DNA of 64,000 bases from an uncultured Actinomycetota bacterium (GTDB lineage Bacteria; Actinomycetota; Actinomycetes; JAFAQI01), in contig CAVYQE010000011.1 in NCBI GenBank assembly GCA_963770565.1, forward strand, positions 1-64,000, read 5' to 3'. The position numbers and the translations under genes are program-made. A model generated the notes under the pieces. That model worked only from the letters and a program-made list of their open reading frames with translations, was not told where the DNA came from and did no database searches. This document shows, in pieces, positions 39,331-50,897 of this stretch (position 1 is the first letter of the stretch; every line of letters starts with the position of its first letter).

Positions 39331-40314
39331 TCACCTCAACGCAGGCAGCACCCGTTCGACGTACAGGTTGACCGTGTCCCAGGCCCGATCGACCGGGATC
39401 CCGCCGCAGAGCGGGTGAAGCACCATTGTCGCGAAGTCGCCCTGCTCGCGGCATCGGCTGATCGCCTGGTCGGGGCTGAGGATCTCGTAGATGCCTTCGG
39501 CACGGAGCTCCTCGACCGTGGTTGCGGTCGACGCCACCGCGGAGTGGACGTCAGGCGTCTGCCAGCTCTGATAACGCTGCGCTTCGTGAAGCAGGTGGTG
39601 GCCGAGGTCGGCCCACGCCGCGTCGGGGTCCTTGGCGAGCAGGGTGAGCGAGGTGCGCTTGGGCGGCAGGATCACGAAGCCGTTCGTGCCGTGCTCGGCG
39701 CACTGGGCCAGGTAGTACGCCTCGAGCTCGGGTAGGTGGGCGGCCGGCAGGAGCGGGAGGCCAAGCCGGGCCGCCCGGCGGGCGGCCGGACGGCCGCTGC
39801 CGCCGACGAACAGGATCGCGTTGGCCGGGCTCTTCGGCGACGGCGTGATCCGTAGGGTGCGGCCGCGATAGGTGACCTCCTCGCCTCGCCAGGCGGCGAG
39901 GATCGCGTCAAGCGACTCGTCCATCGTTGCGCCGCGGGTCGCCCAGTCGACGCCCGCGTCGGCGTACTCCTCGGGTCGGTATCCGAGCCCGGCCACCACA
40001 TTGAGGCGACCGCCGCTGGCCAGGTCGAGGACCGCGACCGCCTCGGCTACCCGCAGCGGATCGTTGAGCGGGAGGAGCAGAGCCTGCACCATCACCCGCA
40101 GCTTCGTGGTGCGCCCAAGAATCAGCGCAGCGGTGGTGAGCGGTGCAGGGCTCCACCCGTCGTCGACCCCGTGATGCTCCTCAACGGTGACGGCCAGGAA
40201 GCCGTTCCGGTCCGCGACTTCAGCCATCTCGAGGCCGGCCTGGTACATCGACGCCAGCGTCGCCGGGTCGGCGCCCGGCAGGACGAAGTTGAATCGGAGG
40301 AGCGACAACGGCAT
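39331..40314 (-). CDS. LLM-class flavin-dependent oxidoreductase
   Basis: EEHHG, DPLRVAE, LDLASGGR, GLGYRPEEY. Confidence 0.87.
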   Translation of the reverse strand: MPLSLLRFNFVLPGADPATLASMYQAGLEMAEVADRNGFLAVTVEEHHGVDDGWSPAPLTTAALILGRTTKLRVMVQALLLPLNDPLRVAEAVAVLDLASGGRLNVVAGLGYRPEEYADAGVDWATRGATMDESLDAILAAWRGEEVTYRGRTLRITPSPKSPANAILFVGGSGRPAARRAARLGLPLLPAAHLPELEAYYLAQCAEHGTNGFVILPPKRTSLTLLAKDPDAAWADLGHHLLHEAQRYQSWQTPDVHSAVASTATTVEELRAEGIYEILSPDQAISRCREQGDFATMVLHPLCGGIPVDRAWDTVNLYVERVLPALR

Positions 40315-40337
40315 GGCGCGAAGCGTGCCACAACCCC

Positions 40338-41051
40338 TCAGCGGTCGACGATGTCGATACCTGCCTCGCGGGCCAGCGACACCGCTAGCGATGGCAGGTC
40401 GCTGGCGTCGAGCTGGGCGCCCTTGAGGCTGAGCGCACCGGTGACCCCGCTCAGGTCACAGTCCGTAATCGTGAGACACCCGACCGTCGCGCCGTCGAAG
40501 TTCGCCCGCCGCAAGTCGCAGTGGTCGATCGTGACGTGATCGAAGCCGGACCGGTAGAAGTCAATGCCGGACAGGTCGCAGTTCCGGAAGACCACTCGGC
40601 GCAGCCGGCTGAACCGCAGCGACAGCTCGCTGGTGGTGCAGTCCTCGAACCGCCCGTCGTCGTACTGGCCGTTGGCGAACGTCACGCCGCGCAGCCGGGT
40701 GTTGCGCAGCTCGACCCGGCGGGCGATGAAGTCTCTTGCCAGGACTCCGGAGACATCGCAGTCCTCGAGGCGTACGTCGACCAGCTCCGGCCGGTCGAGG
40801 TCGAGCTCGAGGACTCGCGCACTTTGCAGCCACAGGTCGCCGACATCGGACTCGCAGTCGCTCGCCAGCAACGTGGCCGGTGCTCCGTGGCTGATCTGGG
40901 CCGGTGCGGGCTCGTGGGACTTGCCACACCCGGTCTCCGCCACCGCCCGAGTATTACAGGGCTTTGGAGCATGGACACCGCCATGAGTGATGTCCGATAG
41001 TCCGGAAACAGCAACGATCGGGACGCGCGGTACGCGCCGGCCATACCTCAC
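40338..41051 (-). CDS. Pentapeptide-repeat protein (start uncertain)
   Basis: Five-residue periodicity, e.g. CDLSGIDFYRSGFDHVTIDHCDLRRANFDG. Confidence 0.7.
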   Translation of the reverse strand: MRYGRRVPRVPIVAVSGLSDITHGGVHAPKPCNTRAVAETGCGKSHEPAPAQISHGAPATLLASDCESDVGDLWLQSARVLELDLDRPELVDVRLEDCDVSGVLARDFIARRVELRNTRLRGVTFANGQYDDGRFEDCTTSELSLRFSRLRRVVFRNCDLSGIDFYRSGFDHVTIDHCDLRRANFDGATVGCLTITDCDLSGVTGALSLKGAQLDASDLPSLAVSLAREAGIDIVDR

Positions 41052-41090
41052 GAGAGGTGTTGGTCGCCACTGAGGAAGGACTCGCCCGCC

Positions 41091-41486
41091 ATGGCAGAAA
41101 GCGATCTGTTCGAGAGGGGTCTCCAGGAGCGTCGAGATGTGCTGGGTGCCGAGTACGTCGACGCGAACCTGGCTGACACCGACGAGTTCATGATGGCATT
41201 TCAGCGCGTCGTGACCGAGTGGGCGTGGGGATACGCCTGGAGCAGGCCAGGTCTGGATCGCAGGACCCGCAGCATGCTGAATCTTGCGATCCTGACGGCG
41301 CTAGGTCGGCCTGACGAGCTGGCGATCTATGTGAAGGGCGCGCTTGCTACCGGTGTATCGGTCGACGAGATCAAGGAGGTGCTGATTCACGCCACCGTGT
41401 ACTGCGGCACGCCGGCCGGGCGTCAGGCGTTCCGGGCCGCGCATGAGGCTCTCCTGGCAGAGGGCGCGTTGCCTCGTTCCGGCTGA
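41091..41486 (+). CDS. Carboxymuconolactone decarboxylase family
   Basis: RRDVLGAEYV, WSRPGLDRRTRSM, EIKEVLIHATVYCG. Confidence 0.9.
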   Translation: MAESDLFERGLQERRDVLGAEYVDANLADTDEFMMAFQRVVTEWAWGYAWSRPGLDRRTRSMLNLAILTALGRPDELAIYVKGALATGVSVDEIKEVLIHATVYCGTPAGRQAFRAAHEALLAEGALPRSG

Positions 41487-41508
41487 GTGGGCTCAGCCTC
41501 ACGGCCAC

Positions 41509-41943
41509 TCAGTCGAGGCAGAACTCGTTGCCCTCGATGTCCTGCATCACGATGCACGACTCGTTGACGTCATCGGCAGGCAGTAGCCGCTCGCGTACCG
41601 CGCCTAGCGCGACCAGTCGTGTGCATTCAGCCTCAAGGACGGCCAGGCGTTCTGCACCAACGAGCCCGCTGCCGACCCGCACGTCGAGATGCAGCCGGTT
41701 CTTGACGACCTTGCCCTCGGGAACCCGCTGGAAGAACAGTCGCGGGCCCACGCCCGAGGGATCAACGCATGCGAACGCTGAACCCTGATCCTCGGCCGGC
41801 AGCTCGCGATCGAAATCGTCCCAAGTCGCGAAGCCTTCCGGCGGCGGCGGTACGACGTACCCCAACACGTCGCACCAGAATCGAGCGACGCGCTCAGGTT
41901 CTGCGCAGTCGAAGGTGACTTGGACCTGCCTGACCAACGCCAT
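41509..41943 (-). CDS. VOC/glyoxalase-like protein
   Basis: TFDC, FQRVPEGKVVKNRLHLD, DIEGNEFC. Confidence 0.88.
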   Translation of the reverse strand: MALVRQVQVTFDCAEPERVARFWCDVLGYVVPPPPEGFATWDDFDRELPAEDQGSAFACVDPSGVGPRLFFQRVPEGKVVKNRLHLDVRVGSGLVGAERLAVLEAECTRLVALGAVRERLLPADDVNESCIVMQDIEGNEFCLD

Positions 41944-42008
41944 TGGTTCACGATAGTGGCGCGCAGAAAGCGTTGGCCTTGGTTAGCCGTTAGTGCAACA
42001 GTTCAGTC

Positions 42009-42737
42009 GTGCCGACGGATCACTTTGGACCGGAGGTCGCAGCGCGCTACGACGAGGACGAGGCTGCGATGTTCGGGGCGGCGGCGCTCCAGCCCGCGGT
42101 CGAGTTCCTCGTGGCGATGGCCGGCGACCAACCGGTGCTCGAGCTCGGCATCGGGACCGGGCGGGTTGCCTTGCCGCTGCACGACCGCGGAGTCGTCGTA
42201 CACGGCATCGACCTGTCGGTGGCTATGGTCGAGCGGTTGCGCGCCAAGCCCGGTGGGGCGGACATCCCGGTCGTGATCGGCGACTTCGCCACCGCCACCG
42301 CGGACGGCGCTTTCGGCCTTGCCTATCTGGTGTTCAACACGATCGGCAACCTCACCACTCAGGCGGAGCAAGTTGCCTGCTTCCGCAATGTCGCTCGCCA
42401 CCTCGTGTCGGGCGGTCACTTCGTGATCGAGGTTGGCGTGCCGGGTGTGCTCGGTCTTTCGGCCGGCGAGACAGTCCGGCCGTTCGAAGTGACCGAGGAC
42501 CACGTCGGGTTCGACGAGTACGACGTCGTCACCCAGTCGCTGGTCTCGCACCACTTGTATCGCGACGGTGACGACTGGCGTCGAGGCTTCACGCCGTTGC
42601 GTTATGTCTGGCCGGCTGAGTTGGACCTGATGGCGCAACTCGCCGGCTTGACCCTCGTCGAGCGTTGGGGTGACTGGGATCGATCGGCGTACGACCAGGC
42701 GAGCACGAAGCACGTCTCCGTGTGGCGGAAGACGTAG
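42009..42737 (+). CDS. Class I SAM-dependent methyltransferase
   Basis: LELGIGTGR, GIDLS, YVWPAELDLMA. Confidence 0.88.
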   Translation: MPTDHFGPEVAARYDEDEAAMFGAAALQPAVEFLVAMAGDQPVLELGIGTGRVALPLHDRGVVVHGIDLSVAMVERLRAKPGGADIPVVIGDFATATADGAFGLAYLVFNTIGNLTTQAEQVACFRNVARHLVSGGHFVIEVGVPGVLGLSAGETVRPFEVTEDHVGFDEYDVVTQSLVSHHLYRDGDDWRRGFTPLRYVWPAELDLMAQLAGLTLVERWGDWDRSAYDQASTKHVSVWRKT

Positions 42738-42796
42738 TCGCATCAACAGGCTGTGGACGAAGTGGTTGTGCACAACCGTTGGTAGGTAAGAGAAAC

Positions 42797-42818
42797 TGTC
42801 GTAGCCAATTCGTAGGTT
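42797..42818 (+). promoter_or_regulatory. PafBC/RecA-NDp-type DNA-damage promoter
   Basis: TGTCGT-N10-TA-GGT-T versus TGTCGG-N10-TA-N3-T; ATG 7 nt after it (leaderless). Confidence 0.55.
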
Positions 42819-42825
42819 GGCGGAC

Positions 42826-44022
42826 ATGGGCAACCTGGCATCTGCGATCGACGAGCTGTTCGCCGTCGATGCTCGTGCGTTGCCTGATGCGGCGCTCGTC
42901 GACGAGGTGGTCGAGATCGATCGAGCGATCAACCGGCTCAAGGCGGCCTTTCTGGCCCGGGTTGAGGTGCTTGACCGTCGCGGTGCGTTGTCGGCCGAGC
43001 ACGGCTCGACGGCGGCGTGGCTGCGCGGCGAGCTGCGGTTCTCGCCGAGTGCGGCGAGCCGCCACGTGCACCTGGCGCGCGATCTCGCCGATGTGCTGCC
43101 GAGCGTTGCGGCGGCGATGGCCGACGGCGCGCTCAGCGTCGAGCACGCCCAGCAGTTGGCCGGATTGCGCAAGGACTTGTCGGACGAGGCGGTCCGGTCC
43201 GCGGATCCGCACCTTGCGGACGGCGCCCGGGTTCGCAACCCGCTCGAGCTTCGGCAGTTCGTCACCGCGGTGCGGCACTCGTACGCGCCGGCACGGGTCG
43301 TTCGCGCTGAGCAAGAGGCGTTCCAGGAGCGCGCGCTGCATGCGTCGTCCACGATCTTCGGCACCGGAGTCGGCAACTGGATCTGCGATCCGGTCAGTCA
43401 CGAGACGATCATGACCGCGATCCATGCCGCGTCCGGGCCTGAGGCGTGGGACCTGCGTACACCGGCCCAGCGCCGCTTCGACGCATTGGTCACCGTCTGT
43501 GAGATTGCGATGCGGTCCGGCGAGCTGCCCGAGACCGGCGGGGTCAAGCCGCACGTCACGGTCGTGGTCGATCTCGACACGTTGCTCGGGTTGCCGGGTG
43601 CGGCTGCGGCCCGGCTCGGCTTCGGTACGGCGATCAGCGGTGAAGCTGCCCGCCAGATCGCCTGCGATGCCGAGATCTCCCGGGTCATCACCGGTCCTCG
43701 AGGAGAGGTGCTCGACTCGGGCCGGTCGTCCCGGACCTTCACGGCCGCGCAACGCCGGGCGATCGTCGCCCGCGACAAACACTGCCGCTGGGACGGCTGC
43801 GATCGGCCGGCGTCGTGGTGCGACGCTCACCACCGGGTGGACTGGATCTTTGGCGGGCCGACCTCGGTCGACAGCGGGGTGCTGCTCTGCGGCCGACATC
43901 ACACCCGGGTACATCGCGACGACCTCGCCGTGCTGATCGAGCCAGATGGCACTCGTACGGTTTCCAGAATTCTTGGCAGCGGCCGCAGGCAGCGGAACGC
44001 GGCACAGCGGGCCGGGCCATGA
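42826..44022 (+). CDS. DUF222 + HNH endonuclease (REP13E12-like)
   Basis: STAAWL, RTPAQRRFDAL, RQIACDA, RDKHCRWDGC...CDAHH...LLCGRHH. Confidence 0.9.
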   Translation: MGNLASAIDELFAVDARALPDAALVDEVVEIDRAINRLKAAFLARVEVLDRRGALSAEHGSTAAWLRGELRFSPSAASRHVHLARDLADVLPSVAAAMADGALSVEHAQQLAGLRKDLSDEAVRSADPHLADGARVRNPLELRQFVTAVRHSYAPARVVRAEQEAFQERALHASSTIFGTGVGNWICDPVSHETIMTAIHAASGPEAWDLRTPAQRRFDALVTVCEIAMRSGELPETGGVKPHVTVVVDLDTLLGLPGAAAARLGFGTAISGEAARQIACDAEISRVITGPRGEVLDSGRSSRTFTAAQRRAIVARDKHCRWDGCDRPASWCDAHHRVDWIFGGPTSVDSGVLLCGRHHTRVHRDDLAVLIEPDGTRTVSRILGSGRRQRNAAQRAGP

Positions 44023-44076
44023 CAGCGCCGGACGGGCCGTGGGGGCGTTGTTGGGCGTCGATGGCGGCGAAATACG

Positions 44077-44853
44077 GTGGATCCCGTGGCAACTCGGGCT
44101 GAGCGGGCGCTGTCGTTCGGGTCGGTCGCCCCGGACTATGACCGGCTGCGACCGCCGCCGGTGGCCGAGGCGGTGGACTGGTTGGTGCCGGACGGCTGCG
44201 AGGTCGCCGTCGACGTGGCCGCGGGAACGGGGCTGTTCACCCGGCCGCTCGCCGAGCGGGTGGCCCGGGTGGTGGCGGTCGAGCCGGATCCGAAGATGCG
44301 CAACGTGCTCGCCGATCGCTCGCCCGGGGTCGAGGTGCTCGAGGGAACGGGGGAGTCGATCCCGATGCCCGACGCAAGCGCCGATGCCGTCTTCGTGTCG
44401 TCGGCCTGGCACTGGCTGGATCCAGCTCGTGCGCTCACCGAGATGGCCAGGGTGCTTCGTGACGGTGGCCGGCTCGGAGTGCTGTGGACCAGCCGCGACC
44501 GCGACATCGAGTGGGTGCGTGATCTCGATCGGCTGCCGGGCGAGCCGCCGTGGGACGGCGAGTCCGAGGGCCGGCACCGGCGCAATCGGGACGTCGACCT
44601 CGCGGTGGTCGACGGCCAGTTCTTCGGGCAGGTCGAGCGGATGTCGTTCGCGACCACGCGGCCGATGCGGATCGATGAGATCGTCGAGCTGGCTGGCACC
44701 TACAGCGCGGTCATCACGGCCGAGCCCGACGTTCGGGCGGTTGTGCTCGACAACGCGCAGGCGACATTGCACCAGCGATTTCCCGGGACGGACGTCGTCG
44801 ACTTCCCGATCAGGTCGTGGTGCTGGCGGGCCGACCGGCTCGCTCGCAACTGA
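44077..44853 (+). CDS. Class I SAM-dependent methyltransferase
   Basis: SFG..YDRLRP, DVAAGTG, AVEP, AWHW. Confidence 0.87.
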   Translation: MDPVATRAERALSFGSVAPDYDRLRPPPVAEAVDWLVPDGCEVAVDVAAGTGLFTRPLAERVARVVAVEPDPKMRNVLADRSPGVEVLEGTGESIPMPDASADAVFVSSAWHWLDPARALTEMARVLRDGGRLGVLWTSRDRDIEWVRDLDRLPGEPPWDGESEGRHRRNRDVDLAVVDGQFFGQVERMSFATTRPMRIDEIVELAGTYSAVITAEPDVRAVVLDNAQATLHQRFPGTDVVDFPIRSWCWRADRLARN

Positions 44854-44870
44854 CCAGCGCGGGCAACGCG

Positions 44871-45428
44871 TTACTTCTTGTTGAATCCGAAGTTGAGCGA
44901 GCAGCTTCCGCCGAGGCTCTTCGGGCCGCGATAGGTGATGGTCCCGATCGACGGCCTCTTCTTGGTGCCGCCCCGCGGGCCGGCGAAGTTCATCTCGAGG
45001 CCGCCCTTGAAGGTCTTGCCGGCTCGCCGCAGGTTCACCTTGTCCGTCGTGAACGGGGGATCTCCGCCCACGACGGATCTTCCGACGATCCACTCCTTGA
45101 AGGTGGTGCCGGAGACGGTCTCACCCTTGAGCAGGTGGATCGCGTGTTTGCCGAGGACCCGCACCGTGCCGGTCCCGCACGCGGTCTCGGCGTCAGGTCC
45201 GATGATCACGGTCAGACCGCTGACGTCGCGGTGCCCCTTGGTCACGGTGAACGAGCCGCCCGAGTTCTCCATGATTCCCGGCTCGTCCTCGTTGTTGTTC
45301 AGCACCCAATGGCCGCTCTCGGGCGGCCGGGGACCCTTCGAGTGACCGGCCCCCGCTGACGCCGCCGGGCCGACCAGGACGAGCGTCAGCGGCAACGGAA
45401 GGAGGGCAGCAAGCAGGAGGCGTCTCAT
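44871..45428 (-). CDS. Secreted hypothetical protein
   Basis: MRRLLLAALL...ASA signal peptide; basic, two Cys. Confidence 0.65.
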   Translation of the reverse strand: MRRLLLAALLPLPLTLVLVGPAASAGAGHSKGPRPPESGHWVLNNNEDEPGIMENSGGSFTVTKGHRDVSGLTVIIGPDAETACGTGTVRVLGKHAIHLLKGETVSGTTFKEWIVGRSVVGGDPPFTTDKVNLRRAGKTFKGGLEMNFAGPRGGTKKRPSIGTITYRGPKSLGGSCSLNFGFNKK

Positions 45429-45493
45429 CGGGACAGCATGGCCCTTGGTCCAGCGGCAGGCAGCGGAACCCCGAACTCGGGCCGGCCCGGTGA

Positions 45494-45679
45494 TCAGGCC
45501 AGGCCGGTCACCGAGTCGGCGTTGAGCACGCAGAACTCGTTGCCTTCGGGGTCGAGCATGACCGCCAACGTGTCAGGGTTCGCGTACGCGGGCGGATCCA
45601 CCCGCATCTCAACGAGGGTTCCGCCGGCGCCGACCAGTCTCGCCACCTCGTCCTCGATCGGCCCGTTCCTTCGCGCCAT
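45494..45679 (-). pseudogene. C-terminal remnant of a VOC gene
   Basis: EDEVARLVGAGG...MLDPEGNEFC, without the N-terminal half. Confidence 0.6.
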
Positions 45680-45710
45680 TGGGCCCTCCCCGACCAATCG
45701 GCTTCTCGAG

Positions 45711-46499
45711 CTATCGACCCTCGTAGCGTGGCGGGCGCTTCTCCTTGAACGCGAGCGTGCCTTCCCGCGCATCCGCCGTACCGAAGATCGGTAGGCCGAT
45801 CTCGAGCTCGATCTTCAGCGCCTCGGCCTCGGGCAAGCCCTCGGTCTCCTGGACCGAGCGCTTGATCGCTTGTACGGCGAGCGGGCCGTTCGCCGCAATG
45901 CGTTCGGCGATCTGCATCGCGGTCGGCAGCGCCTCGCCGTCGGCGACGACTCGGCCGATGAGACCGATCCGCTCGGCCTCCTCGGCCGAGATCGTGTCGC
46001 CGGTGAGCAGGAGCTCCATCGCCTTCGTGTAGCCGATCTGGCGGCGCAGCCGGACGGTCGAGCCGCCGACCGGGAAAAGCGCCCGGGTGACCTCGACCAC
46101 GCCGAACTTCGCGCTGGCGCCCGCGACCCGGATGTCGGTGGCCTGCAGGATCTCGGTGCCGCCGGCCACCGCGTACCCCTCGACCGCTGCGATCAACGGC
46201 TTGGTCAGCCGGTGGTTGCGCAGCAGCGCCTTCCACGCGATCCCGGTGTCGGATCGCAGCCGCTGCGCGGCGTCGGAGGTGTTCTGGGCGTCGTTCATCG
46301 CTTTGAGATCGGCGCCCGCGCAGAAGACCCCGTCGGTGCCGGTGAGGATCGCGACCCGGATCTCCTCGTCGCTGTCGACCCGGTCCCAGGCATCGGCGAG
46401 ACCGACGATCATCTCGGGGGACAGCGCGTTCTTCGCCTCGGGGCGGTTCATGGTGAGGACGAGGACGTGCCCGCGCTGCTCGGTCTCGAGGTGCGCCAT
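45711..46499 (-). CDS. echA19: Enoyl-CoA hydratase, EchA19-like
   Basis: [34 protein letters not shown]; sits in the sterol cluster. Confidence 0.82.
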   Translation of the reverse strand: MAHLETEQRGHVLVLTMNRPEAKNALSPEMIVGLADAWDRVDSDEEIRVAILTGTDGVFCAGADLKAMNDAQNTSDAAQRLRSDTGIAWKALLRNHRLTKPLIAAVEGYAVAGGTEILQATDIRVAGASAKFGVVEVTRALFPVGGSTVRLRRQIGYTKAMELLLTGDTISAEEAERIGLIGRVVADGEALPTAMQIAERIAANGPLAVQAIKRSVQETEGLPEAEALKIELEIGLPIFGTADAREGTLAFKEKRPPRYEGR

Positions 46500-46507
46500 C
46501 GCGGCCC

Positions 46508-47716
<1,209 letters not shown>

Positions 47717-47753
47717 CTAGGAGTGTTGACGCCCCCTGGAATTGCGGGAAGAT

Positions 47754-47767
47754 TAGAACACGTTCTC
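47754..47767. promoter_or_regulatory. KstR box
   Basis: TAGAACACGTTCTC, one mismatch. Confidence 0.72.
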
Positions 47768-47804
47768 GTCTTGGTGATCCGGTGCCGCGGACCGGCTATG
47801 AGAG

Positions 47805-49042
<1,238 letters not shown>

Positions 49043-49046
<4 letters not shown>

Positions 49047-49480
49047 CCGAGGCCCTGAGCGCACCGCACGCGATCGACTACACCTACACCCGATCGACCG
49101 GACCGATCATCGGCGCGTTCCTCACCGGGTTACGCGATCGGCGGATCCTCGGGGTACGCGGCTCCGATGGCCGGGTGATCGTGCCCGCGATCGACTACGA
49201 CCCGGTCACCAGTGACGATCTTGAGGAGCTCGTGGTCGTCGCCGACACCGGCGTCGTGACGACCTGGTCATGGAACTCCCAGCCGCTGCCCGGGCAGCCT
49301 CTGGATCATCCGTTCGCCTGGGCGCTGGTCAAGCTCGACGGCGCCGACACCGCGATGCTCGCAGCGGTCGACGCCGGCGATCCGGGCGCGATCGAGACCG
49401 GGGTGCGGGTGGGCGCACGCTGGGCCGAGCATCGGGTCGGCTCGATCCGCGACCTGGTCTGCTTCGAGTTGCTGCCATGA
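49043..49480 (+). CDS. DUF35/OB-fold protein without Zn cysteines
   Basis: YTRSTGPIIGAFLTGL, FAWALVKLDGADT; ATGA coupling. Confidence 0.8.
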
Positions 49481-49959
49481 CCGAGCCGGTCACGATGGTC
49501 GAGACGCCGATTCACCTCGACTACAGCTACACGCCGGGCGTTGCGGCGTCGCGCTTCCTGCGCTCGCTCGAGCGCGGCGAGATCGTCGGTCAGCGCTGCC
49601 CGACCTGTGGCAAGGTCTACGTGCCGCCCCGCGGCGCATGCTCGATGTGTGGGGTCGCGACCGATGAGGAGCTGGTCCTCACCGGCAAGGGCACGATTAC
49701 GACGTTCTGCGTGACCAGTGTGCCGAGCCCCGGCCTCGAGCCGCCGTACGTCACTGCCTGGATCCGGCTCGACGGCGCGGACATCACCTCGATGTTCCTC
49801 GTGCAGGAGTGCGACCCGGCCGAGGTGCGACTCGGCATGCGGGTCGAGCCGGTGTGGGTGGCGGCCGACGCGCGCGAGGCGAACCTCGGCAACATCCGCT
49901 ACTTCCGGCCGAGCGGTGAGCCGGACGCCGAGTACGAGACGTACAAGGAGTACGTGTGA
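49477..49959 (+). CDS. DUF35 Zn-ribbon/OB-fold protein
   Basis: CPTCGKVYVPPRGACSMC, RLGMRVEPVW. Confidence 0.85.
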   Translation: MTEPVTMVETPIHLDYSYTPGVAASRFLRSLERGEIVGQRCPTCGKVYVPPRGACSMCGVATDEELVLTGKGTITTFCVTSVPSPGLEPPYVTAWIRLDGADITSMFLVQECDPAEVRLGMRVEPVWVAADAREANLGNIRYFRPSGEPDAEYETYKEYV

Positions 49960-50897
49960 CCACCGGGATGCGGCCCGTGGCGATCGTCGCCTCGGCGTCG
50001 TTCGAGACCCCGTCGGAGCCGGCCCGCAACGAGGTCGAGATGCTGCTGCCGGTCATTCACGACGCGCTCGGATCGGTCGGTCTGACCCAGCGCGACATCG
50101 GTTTCACCGTCTCCGGGTCGAGCGACTACCTGCAGGGATTCCCGTTCGCGTTCGTGGGTGCGCTCGACGCGGTCGGCGCCTGGCCGCCGATCCGGGAGTC
50201 GCACGTGGAGATGGACGGCGCGTTCGCGCTCGCCGAGGCGGTGGCGGTGTTGCAGCACGACACCGCGATCGGGCCGGCCTGCGATACGGCGCTGGTCTAC
50301 GCCTTTGCCCGCCCGTCGCGCGGCCACCTCGACCGCACGTTGGCGCTCCAGCTCGATCCCTACACGGTCGCCCCGCTTTGGCCGGACGCCCGCAGCCTGG
50401 CCGGACTGCAGGCCCGGGCGATGCGCGACTGCGGCCGGTTCGCCGACGTACCCGACGTCACGCCGACCGTGGTCGCGGATGGCGCGACCGCTGTCGTCCT
50501 CGCGGTCGGCGATCGCGCCCGCGAGCTCACCGAGCATCCGGTCTGGATCCGCGGCATCGACCACCGGATCGAGGCGCCGGCGCTCGGTGCCCGCGACCTG
50601 ACCGTGTCGGCGTCGACCCGGCTCGCTGCCGAGCACGCCGGTGCGACCGACATCGATGCCGCCTGGCTGCACGTGCTCTACCCGCACCAGCGGCTGTTGC
50701 TTGCCGACGCGCTCGGCCTGGCCGAGCAGCCGGTCGACGCGGCGGCCGGCCCGATGATGGTGGGCGGCCTGCAGCGGCTCGCCGCTGCGGCCGCGGGAGT
50801 CGCGGCCGGCCGGGCGAGGCGGGCGGTCGCGCACGCCACCAGCGGGCCGTGCCTGCAGCAGAACCTGGTCGCCGTCCTCGAGCGGGATGCCGCATGA
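49956..50897 (+). CDS. ltp4: Thiolase-like aldolase subunit Ltp4
   Basis: NEVEML, SGSSDYL, ESHVEMDGA, SGPCLQQNLV. Confidence 0.8.
   Translation: MTTGMRPVAIVASASFETPSEPARNEVEMLLPVIHDALGSVGLTQRDIGFTVSGSSDYLQGFPFAFVGALDAVGAWPPIRESHVEMDGAFALAEAVAVLQHDTAIGPACDTALVYAFARPSRGHLDRTLALQLDPYTVAPLWPDARSLAGLQARAMRDCGRFADVPDVTPTVVADGATAVVLAVGDRARELTEHPVWIRGIDHRIEAPALGARDLTVSASTRLAAEHAGATDIDAAWLHVLYPHQRLLLADALGLAEQPVDAAAGPMMVGGLQRLAAAAAGVAAGRARRAVAHATSGPCLQQNLVAVLERDAA

Noticed and set aside
40338-41051. Calling the pentapeptide gene qnr/mfpA
   Set aside because: The repeat pattern alone does not establish gyrase protection, and the start is uncertain.
42589-45093. 834-aa minus-strand ORF and many other long antisense ORFs
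   Set aside because: Shadow frames of high-GC genes: Arg/Pro-rich, no motifs, overlapping well-supported genes.
49718-50893. 779-aa Ltp3 fusion; likewise the 504-aa ECH and 475-aa Nudix ORFs
   Set aside because: The extensions are off-frame read-through of upstream genes; true starts overlap upstream stops.
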